Virus record (IMG/VR): IMGVR_UViG_3300005613_000024
Span: 27,834 to 91,833 of that record
Strand: one strand, 5' to 3'
Source: a virus
Length of the DNA stretch: 64,000 bases
Within the stretch, counting starts at the first letter, position 1. Every line of letters starts with the position of its first letter. The notes beneath the pieces are model-generated. The model ran no database searches and was not told the origin of the DNA. It saw nothing but the letters and a program-made list of their open reading frames with translations. This document shows positions 56,831-64,000 of this stretch, piece after piece. The position numbers were made by a program, and so were the translations under genes.

Positions 56831-58492
56831 TTATTTTCCATACTTATTTTTTAAATAATTTCCGATTCTATCATCGGCAGATTCTTCTTTTTCTTCTTTA
56901 TTTTCTGCATCATCTATTTTTAAGTTTTTATCATCATCTTCATCTTTATCTTCAGCAGTTTCTAATTCTTTCTTTTCGAGTTCATTAACTCTTTTCTTTA
57001 AACGAGCATTTTCCAGTTTATTTTCATCTAACAAATCTTCGTCTGATAAATCTTTAACGAAATCGCCAAGTTCTGCTCTAATTTCAACAACTTTCTTAGC
57101 ATTTTCTTTCAAAAAATCAATCTCTTTATCTTTTGATTTCAACTTTTCTTCATACTTTGCTTTCATATCTTCAACTTGAGCATAATTGTAAATTTGGTCT
57201 TCTTTGATTTTAGTGCGATAGACTTCTTTTCCGTCTCGCTTCACAATTCTTTCGCCATCACGAGAAATTGTTTCTATCTTAGTTTCGTCATCATAAGTTG
57301 TTTCGGTTTTCATCTTTTCTTCAGTAACGACTTTAGATTTTCCAGCTTTCTCTTCCTTTTTATCTTCTTTAGAATCTTCGTTGGATTTCTCTTCAGTTTC
57401 TTCGGCTTTATCATCTTCTTTAGAAATCTCTTTAGTTTCCTCTTTTTTCTTCTCTTCAGAAGATTCAACTTCTTTATCCTTAGACTCTTCGGCTTCGCTA
57501 TCAGAAGCTTCAGTAGTCTCGGATTCAGTCTTCTGTTCAGCAGAAGCTCTTTTTTCTAATTCAGCTTCCCACTGTTCGTCTGACCAGTCTTTGACAGCTT
57601 CTTCACCAAGTTCTTTAATAAGTTCTTCTTTAAACTTGGCTAACAAAGCATCACGAGTCTTTTTTTCCATTTCAATTTCTCCTTTTATTTTTTTGTAGTC
57701 TTTTAATATAGCATTATAGTTTTGTTTACTTGGTCTATCAAATCTTCGCATTTCACTACCGCATTTAGAACATTTTATATCTTTACAATGTTCTGTAGAA
57801 GATATTACATTACCACATTTAATACATTCACATTTATAACTTGCTTCTTCTAATTTTTTTTTCTTACTGAATTTTAATAAATATTCTTCTATTTTATCAA
57901 CAGCATCTTTCGCTGAAGCACATACTAAAGTTTTTTTATTATCAAAAACATTATTAATTATTGCATTTGCTGATTGTAAAACTTTAGCATCATCGTAGGC
58001 GGGCGAAACGCCAGGAAATAATAATCCCACTCCATCAAAAGAAACTCTTTTTAATTTTCGAACTCCATTAACCAAATTAATAATATCATCTTCTTTGACC
58101 ATCAATTCAAAACTAACAGACATTTCATCTTCTGCAATTGCATTTTCAACAATTTCCCATTCTTTAGGATATAAACTTTTAAAAAATGAAAATACTATTT
58201 CTATTTGGTCATTTTGATTAACCCAGGCATCTAATATAGTCCCTATAACATATCCTTGCCGTTTATGATTAATATTGGCTTGAGTAAAACATAATTGAGG
58301 AACATCTTTTTTTACAGTTTTAGCTAAAATTACACGATTTTTATTAGGAGTTTTCCCATCCACTTTAGCATAAACAGCATGTAAAAAACCTAAACTTTCA
58401 TTTGGATAATTTATTCCTAAATTTTTAATTACTTTTTCTATAGGAGATTTTGATTTTTTTGCTTTTGCTTCAAAATAAATTTTTTGTTTCAT
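56831..58492 (-). CDS. prohead protease fused to Zn ribbon and acidic scaffold
   Basis: NKN...NINH...VIG...MSVSFE...FDGVGLL...PA protease motifs; E/K-rich C-terminal half. Confidence 0.8.
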   Translation of the reverse strand: MKQKIYFEAKAKKSKSPIEKVIKNLGINYPNESLGFLHAVYAKVDGKTPNKNRVILAKTVKKDVPQLCFTQANINHKRQGYVIGTILDAWVNQNDQIEIVFSFFKSLYPKEWEIVENAIAEDEMSVSFELMVKEDDIINLVNGVRKLKRVSFDGVGLLFPGVSPAYDDAKVLQSANAIINNVFDNKKTLVCASAKDAVDKIEEYLLKFSKKKKLEEASYKCECIKCGNVISSTEHCKDIKCSKCGSEMRRFDRPSKQNYNAILKDYKKIKGEIEMEKKTRDALLAKFKEELIKELGEEAVKDWSDEQWEAELEKRASAEQKTESETTEASDSEAEESKDKEVESSEEKKKEETKEISKEDDKAEETEEKSNEDSKEDKKEEKAGKSKVVTEEKMKTETTYDDETKIETISRDGERIVKRDGKEVYRTKIKEDQIYNYAQVEDMKAKYEEKLKSKDKEIDFLKENAKKVVEIRAELGDFVKDLSDEDLLDENKLENARLKKRVNELEKKELETAEDKDEDDDKNLKIDDAENKEEKEESADDRIGNYLKNKYGK

Positions 58493-58584
58493 TCCTTTTT
58501 TACTCCTCTATATATCTATTTCAGAATGACATTATTTACATTTTATATATTTACCGATTTTTGTTCTCAAAATAAACTCACTAT

Positions 58585-60375
58585 TTATTTTTTAACCCAT
58601 TTTTCGTCATCGTTCTTTTTATATTGCTTTTTGACTTGACTCCATGCAACACGTCTTGCTTTATCTTCAGAACCTCCGTCAGCAACAACAGAATTAAAAG
58701 TTTTTCTAAATATAGTCTGAGCCGTAGAAGGTAAAACTTTTACATTCTTTGGTAAATCGTTATTTGTTTTATATGGTGCTTTAATATATTCTTTAACAAT
58801 TTTATAAGCGTATTCCATCGAAGCCTTAGCTCGCAAAAAATTATCATATTTTAATTCTGTGCATTTTGCGAAACAATCATTAAAAGCCTGTTTAAAAATT
58901 CTCTGTTCTTCTTTAGTCAATTCATCTCGAATCTCATCAGGAATACTTCGAATTGTTTTCATAGCTTCAGTAATACATTCAGTTTCTTCACAGGCATTAT
59001 TGTAATTTTTTGATTCAGGACTTCCAGGTTTTTTATCATCTGGAATTTCCTCATTATCAGGTGTCAAATCCGCAGGGTCTTTCTCTAAATTCTGAGTCAC
59101 TCTAGGATATAATTTTCTATCTAATTTATTTTTCTTCTCAAAATCTCTTTCTTTTATTTGTGTTTCGAAATCTAATCCCGTCGTATTTTCTAATCCACTC
59201 TTTTGCCCAACTATTCCTCTATCATACCAAGAACGAATAAGTGTTCTCATTTCATCGGTAACAAAAGTTTTAATAATTCCTGGCTGAACTTCTACTTTAT
59301 CATTAACAGTGTATTTTCCTTTATTTCTTTCTTTGATTTGGTTTGCAATTTCTTTTAAAAGTTCAACATAATCTTTAACCGCATCTTCAACTTCTTCGAC
59401 TAATACTTTGGGGTTTAAAATAGCTTCTTCTCTATTTGAAGAAAAGCCTTTAAATTCAATCATCCCTAAAGCATATAATATATTTTTATCTACAGGTTTC
59501 AAAATTGCTTCATCTAATGCTTTTTTGTAATCTGGAATAACTTCTTCTAAGCTCACATCACCAGCAAACGCATCTATTAATCCCTTGTCAAATGTGTGTT
59601 CATCAAAATTCTTCTTTTGTTTTTGAAACTTTGCTTTAATTTCGTTTAATTGGTCTTGCGATGGGCCATAACCCTTTTTAATTGCATCCAACGTACCTAC
59701 TTTAATTAAAAGTTGATAAGGGAATGCAGTTTGTACAATCTCTGCCATACGTTCTAAAACTTTTACTTTAAAAAGAGAATGATACAATGCTCCTTTTCTA
59801 ACCAAATAAGGAGTTGGGTATTGGTCATACCAATGATTATAGGGCTTACGAACTAAAATAGTCTGATTCTTAGTATTTCTTAATTGCTCCGAATCTTCTT
59901 TTTCTGGCTTTCCTAAATAATAAGCATTACCATTTAATAATCTTCTATCATTTTTAACATGAATACTTGCACCGTCCATTATATACATTCTTGTTGGAAG
60001 CCAAAAACCATTAACTTGATGCCATCTCAAGTTGGCAACGATAAAAGAACTTTTCCATCTTTCTCTAAAATATTGTTCGGTAAATCCTCTAAGCCCTCTA
60101 GGAATATCCAGATTTAAATCAGCATTAACATTATCTTTCCAATCTTTGAAAAGTTCAGTTAATTTAGAATTAGATGCATTAAAATTAATGTCAACTGTAC
60201 CTGCATGAACCATAAATTCTAAAAGTGTAGAAATTAAACCTGTTTTGTCATTTTCTAACAATTTATTAATTTGTCTCATTTGCCCATGAAAAGTGTCTTC
60301 TACTCTTATTTTACCTGATGGTGTGAGCATTAAATCAAAGAGCTTGGAATAATATTGTTCTATTACAGATGCCAT
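58585..60375 (-). CDS. portal protein with C-terminal ChaB-like domains
   Basis: Between terminase and protease; C-terminal PYKTNNDLP...LPSTAQTIFRKTFN...ARRVAWSQVKKQY is ChaB-like; start MASV after AAGGT. Confidence 0.75.
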   Translation of the reverse strand: MASVIEQYYSKLFDLMLTPSGKIRVEDTFHGQMRQINKLLENDKTGLISTLLEFMVHAGTVDINFNASNSKLTELFKDWKDNVNADLNLDIPRGLRGFTEQYFRERWKSSFIVANLRWHQVNGFWLPTRMYIMDGASIHVKNDRRLLNGNAYYLGKPEKEDSEQLRNTKNQTILVRKPYNHWYDQYPTPYLVRKGALYHSLFKVKVLERMAEIVQTAFPYQLLIKVGTLDAIKKGYGPSQDQLNEIKAKFQKQKKNFDEHTFDKGLIDAFAGDVSLEEVIPDYKKALDEAILKPVDKNILYALGMIEFKGFSSNREEAILNPKVLVEEVEDAVKDYVELLKEIANQIKERNKGKYTVNDKVEVQPGIIKTFVTDEMRTLIRSWYDRGIVGQKSGLENTTGLDFETQIKERDFEKKNKLDRKLYPRVTQNLEKDPADLTPDNEEIPDDKKPGSPESKNYNNACEETECITEAMKTIRSIPDEIRDELTKEEQRIFKQAFNDCFAKCTELKYDNFLRAKASMEYAYKIVKEYIKAPYKTNNDLPKNVKVLPSTAQTIFRKTFNSVVADGGSEDKARRVAWSQVKKQYKKNDDEKWVKK

Positions 60376-60389
60376 TATTTTTACCTTTT

Positions 60390-62003
60390 TTAAGATGAAC
60401 AAAAACCTCTTTTTGGTTTTTTATGTTCTTGTTTTAAAATATTAAATTTATTAAAAAATCTACAAATTGCAAATACCTGAAAAGCCTGAACTAAGTGATT
60501 TGCACCTTTTGAATCAAATAAAATTTTCATTTTACTTCGTTTACAAATTATATCAGTTAATTGAGTTTCTAGTTTTGGGTCTGGAGAAGTTTCAAACTCT
60601 CCACCATACAATAATTTCTCTAATTCTGAAAAAGACCAATGTTCGGTATTAGCTTGTTTCATTATAGGTTCATTATTTGAATCCATTAAAACCTTTTCAT
60701 CTTTGTCTCTTTCAAAATCAACATCTATATTTGCTGTAAAAATTACTTTTAACAAATTATCAGAAGGAACGCCTTTTGATTTTAATTTATCAATTATGAC
60801 ACCCTGGTCATGAGTGGCATCAATGGCGACAAAGGCTCCTCCTAATTTCTCATACAACCAATAAAAAATTTCTGATTGTTCTTCTTGTAACAATCTATAA
60901 ACTATAATATTATATTCGTACTTAAATTTTTTTCCATCATAAAAAATAATAACAATTTCTGTTGGAGCAGAACCAGCCCCAATATCTGCACAAATATAGG
61001 TTTGAGTTGCTCCCGCTAACTTTTCAATATGAAGACGATTCTCGAAACCTTCATAACTTTCTTGACCTATTTCAAAAGTTTTAACTCTTCCGCTTTTTCT
61101 GAAACTTGCTTCTTTAGCTCTAGCAATATTAAAATATCCGTAGGCTCCTTGAAGTTCTTTAGCTTCAACATTTAATAAATAGCCAGCAGATTTTTTTCCG
61201 TTGTAAAAATCTTCTTTCTTTTGCTCTACTTCTTTTGTCCAGTCTTCTCTAACATATTGAGGGTATCTACATATCCAATTTTTTAATTTCTTATCTTTTA
61301 TTATTTTTCCTAATGGAGAATCTATACTTAAATCTGGAATACCTGAAGGTCTTTCAATATGACCATAAGACATTTCAGAATCTTCAGCTTTTTCTTGTCC
61401 CACTTTACTGCTATATGAATATTCTTCTGACCATCTTATATCATAATGTTTATTATGAAACTGCGTTCCTGGATTATCACTATCCACCTTTTCATTAACA
61501 GGTAAGACTACTGCACCATGTTCTGTATTAACAGTCAAAGGGTCACGTTTAACAGTTTTACTTCGTGTTGTTTCTTGTTTCAAATGAAAAATCTTTAAAA
61601 ATTTATGACTTTCTACAAATTTACAAATAGGTTCTGCGACTTTTTTTAATTTTTCCGCAGTAACCGAAGTAACGCATCCTTCTTTACATTTATGAATAAT
61701 CGCCTGAAGAACATCAATAATTAAAAGAAAAGTTTTTCCAACATTTCTTGCTGAAATATTATAACAGTCACCTACTAACTTCTTCAAAGTCATAATTTCT
61801 TGTTTATCTAATTCAGGGTCATCTGCAATTAAATAAGAATAATTTTGCATTGGAAATTGATAATCACGCAACGTAATTGTCTGTCCTATAGGCCATGTTT
61901 GAGGAGAATTAAAATTTTCTGGAATTAAATTCTCTGTCATTGCTGTCGGATTATAGAACATTTCCATTAGTTCTATTTCAGATTCTTTCAAAACTGATTG
62001 CAT
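60390..62003 (-). CDS. terL: terminase large subunit
   Basis: LRDYQ adenine-binding motif, Walker A SARNVGKT, nuclease ICADIG and AIDAT; position upstream of the portal. Confidence 0.8.
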   Translation of the reverse strand: MQSVLKESEIELMEMFYNPTAMTENLIPENFNSPQTWPIGQTITLRDYQFPMQNYSYLIADDPELDKQEIMTLKKLVGDCYNISARNVGKTFLLIIDVLQAIIHKCKEGCVTSVTAEKLKKVAEPICKFVESHKFLKIFHLKQETTRSKTVKRDPLTVNTEHGAVVLPVNEKVDSDNPGTQFHNKHYDIRWSEEYSYSSKVGQEKAEDSEMSYGHIERPSGIPDLSIDSPLGKIIKDKKLKNWICRYPQYVREDWTKEVEQKKEDFYNGKKSAGYLLNVEAKELQGAYGYFNIARAKEASFRKSGRVKTFEIGQESYEGFENRLHIEKLAGATQTYICADIGAGSAPTEIVIIFYDGKKFKYEYNIIVYRLLQEEQSEIFYWLYEKLGGAFVAIDATHDQGVIIDKLKSKGVPSDNLLKVIFTANIDVDFERDKDEKVLMDSNNEPIMKQANTEHWSFSELEKLLYGGEFETSPDPKLETQLTDIICKRSKMKILFDSKGANHLVQAFQVFAICRFFNKFNILKQEHKKPKRGFCSS

Positions 62004-62012
62004 AAATTATCC

Positions 62013-62237
62013 TTATGCTTTTACTGGAATTTTATAATCTTTAGAAGCTCTATTAGTCCAAGCAGTAGTATAATCGCTTGCGCCTCTCGCAAATCTATAT
62101 TCTGTTTGTGCAGTATTTTCTCTCATGATTATCCACTCTCCATTTTCACGAACATAACCATAATAATTGTAACCACCTTCTCCATTAGCTATATCTGCAA
62201 CTGACGCTCCATCTATAATTTTAGTATATTTTCCCAT
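62013..62237 (-). CDS. small virion-associated hypothetical protein
   Basis: YYGY...GEWIIMRE...YRFARG...WTNRAS..Y; start MGKY after GGAG. Confidence 0.6.
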   Translation of the reverse strand: MGKYTKIIDGASVADIANGEGGYNYYGYVRENGEWIIMRENTAQTEYRFARGASDYTTAWTNRASKDYKIPVKA

Positions 62238-62264
62238 TATTTTCTCCAAATTAAAAATTTATAT

Positions 62265-63056
62265 TTATTTAGTTACACCTAAAATTTTTGAAACTGCTGG
62301 AATTGCATCTTCTCTTCCATTTCCGTTATTGTAAAGAGCTTTGACTTGTGACAGAGACAGAGCAATATTCTGATAATATCTAAAATCATCTAGTTTGCCG
62401 TCTAAATAATAACCTGTGAAAAAATTTTCTACCACTACTGCCAATCTTCCATTATCCAATTCAGAAATAGATGAGAACCATGATGTTTTGGAACTTGTAT
62501 CAGAAAATTCTGTAATATCTTCTCCGTCCAGATATAATTTTGGTTCTACAGCATCTTGCACTATAACAATGTGATGCCAGGTATTCTTTGATATTGGCGC
62601 TGAAGTTGTTACTATGCTCCAATAAGTTGAATCTGGCGCCCGAAGAATTGCCTGAATATTGTCATTCGATAAATATCGTAACATAAAGTATGTATCGCTG
62701 TTAGTATCTCCAAGACTAAAAATCATACTGTTGAAGGCATCAGTATTAATGTATATCCATGCAGATATTGTACCCGTTGTATCAGATTCTATATCTTGTT
62801 GCAAAGCATCTATATCTATATATTCCGAGCTACCATTAAAATCAAACGCATCATTTATTTTTCCTGTAGCGGATAGATTATTTGTATTAGTTGAAGCTGT
62901 TCCGTTGTTACTCCCTGTACCATCGTCTGTAACAGTGGTATTTGCCGCATCATCATTGCATTTATAATGAGCATATTCCGTTGCTCCTGCAAGATTAACT
63001 GAAGCAAGGGATGAAACATTAGCAATTGAGGTTCCTAAAATTTTAGCTATCGACAT
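62265..63056 (-). CDS. LamG/ConA-like domain virion protein
   Basis: AHYKCND, GKINDAFDFNG, TISAWI, WHHIVIV, GKLDDFRYY. Confidence 0.85.
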   Translation of the reverse strand: MSIAKILGTSIANVSSLASVNLAGATEYAHYKCNDDAANTTVTDDGTGSNNGTASTNTNNLSATGKINDAFDFNGSSEYIDIDALQQDIESDTTGTISAWIYINTDAFNSMIFSLGDTNSDTYFMLRYLSNDNIQAILRAPDSTYWSIVTTSAPISKNTWHHIVIVQDAVEPKLYLDGEDITEFSDTSSKTSWFSSISELDNGRLAVVVENFFTGYYLDGKLDDFRYYQNIALSLSQVKALYNNGNGREDAIPAVSKILGVTK

Positions 63057-63058
63057 TA

Positions 63059-64000
63059 TTATGAAATCTCCACATAAGAGTTATCTACATCAAAATAAAG
63101 AACAGTTGTACTTAAAGCATAACCAATAATTCTTACTATATCTCCCGAACCGCTAGGAGCAGTATTGGTAATTGCTCCTGCTGTAGCAGAAAGATAATAA
63201 GTATCTCCTGCTGTCAAACCTGAAGTGGTATATTTTCCTATTCTAAGAAATGTTCCTGAATTATCTGCTGTGATAGTATCTAAAGCCATTAAAATTAAAC
63301 CTTTACTTGTAGCTTCTGCATCAGCATCAGTTTTCCACATCTTACCATCAGATTTTAAATAGCAAGTATCTCCTGAAGAAACATTTTCTCCAGCAGTCAT
63401 CTCTAAAGTTTCCGTATGGTCACTTAATTCTTTATTTGTTAAAGTTTGAGAATCTGAAGTTCCAACAATATCTCCAGAAGGAGCAGATTTGCTTGAATCT
63501 TTTGGTAATCCATTTGCATCAAAGGACACTAAATTATTTTCTGTTGCACCAGAAACTCCGTTATGGTCATTAGTATCATCTATATCGTGCAATCTAGTAT
63601 GTTTCTTTGAAATAGCATCTGAAGCATTTGCAACAGATAAACCGCTATCATCTGGTAAACCATTAGCATCTGCATCCATTAAATTATTTTCAGTAATTGT
63701 AGAAGTATGGTCGCTTCCAGAATCAATAGCGTGTTGTCTATCATGAGCTTTACTTACAGCACTTGTCGTATCTAAATCTGGAACATCTGTTAATCCAACT
63801 TGAGCTTTGGTTACTGCATGAGGATTATCACTTCTAACATCGTGGTCACCATCAGTAACTAAATCTAATTCAGATTTATTAGCGTGAGTATGGTCATCGT
63901 CAACTGCTGATTTTACTTCAGCCGCAGTAACTTCATTCGCTCCACCTTCGTCTAATTTCGTATCTGTATTTTGAGTATGTTTCTTAGAAACAGCATCATC
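63059..64000 (-). CDS. fibre/decoration-like virion protein with His-containing repeats (5' truncated by window)
   Basis: Frame is open to base 64000; DAVSKKH / SAVSKAH / DAISKKH repeats, NPHAVTKAQVGL, TENNL..DANGLP twice; C-terminal TAGENVSSGDTCY...YYLS..AG domain. Confidence 0.7.
   Translation of the reverse strand, partial: DDAVSKKHTQNTDTKLDEGGANEVTAAEVKSAVDDDHTHANKSELDLVTDGDHDVRSDNPHAVTKAQVGLTDVPDLDTTSAVSKAHDRQHAIDSGSDHTSTITENNLMDADANGLPDDSGLSVANASDAISKKHTRLHDIDDTNDHNGVSGATENNLVSFDANGLPKDSSKSAPSGDIVGTSDSQTLTNKELSDHTETLEMTAGENVSSGDTCYLKSDGKMWKTDADAEATSKGLILMALDTITADNSGTFLRIGKYTTSGLTAGDTYYLSATAGAITNTAPSGSGDIVRIIGYALSTTVLYFDVDNSYVEIS

Noticed and set aside
38827-63746. Short + strand ORFs inside the structural block (e.g. 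46036-46365, 55805-56335, 57176-57698)
   Set aside because: Antisense shadows of well-supported structural genes
1-64000. Alternative genetic code (stop-codon reassignment)
   Set aside because: Long genes are intact in code 11, and stops coincide with the next gene's RBS or start
1-64000. tRNA genes, CRISPR arrays, DGR template/variable repeats
   Set aside because: Intergenic gaps are short and mostly filled by micro-ORFs; no cloverleaf, spaced direct repeats or reverse transcriptase seen by eye. tRNAscan-SE and a self dot-plot would be decisive.

Overview
AT-rich (roughly 25-30% GC by eye) 64-kb segment of a large tailed dsDNA bacteriophage, probably a siphovirus: a tail tube and tape measure are present and no sheath is recognisable. 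Genes are densely packed in standard code 11, with frequent TAATG/ATGA overlaps and AGGAG Shine-Dalgarno sites. Two blocks converge at ~36,016. The + strand block (1-36,019) carries DNA replication, recombination and accessory genes: an M42 peptidase fragment, an intein-containing nucleoside-kinase-like NTPase, a primase-polymerase/helicase fusion, RuvC-like and PD-(D/E)xK nucleases, RecA, a 3'-5' exonuclease, an intein-containing family B DNA polymerase, an ABC-ATPase/GNAT fusion, MgtC, ribosomal protein bS21, and SbcD with an SbcC/Rad50 split over two genes. This block also holds a ~9.5-kb, 11-enzyme glycan biosynthesis and decoration cluster. The - strand block (36,016-64,000) is the morphogenesis module: terminase, portal with C-terminal ChaB domains, protease/scaffold, major capsid, neck, tail tube, tape measure and LamG-bearing virion proteins, plus free-standing HNH-type endonucleases. 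Three near-identical sigma70-type promoters and the bS21 gene point to a bacterial host. The most notable observations are the glycan cluster (GDP-mannose 3',5'-epimerase-like + GT10 + sulfotransferase + methyltransferases), the split Rad50, AT-hook/basic C-terminal tags shared by several DNA-transaction enzymes, the promoter-bracketed ABC-GNAT gene and the portal-ChaB fusion. No tRNA, rRNA or CRISPR array was seen. All calls come from motif recognition by eye; no database searches were run.
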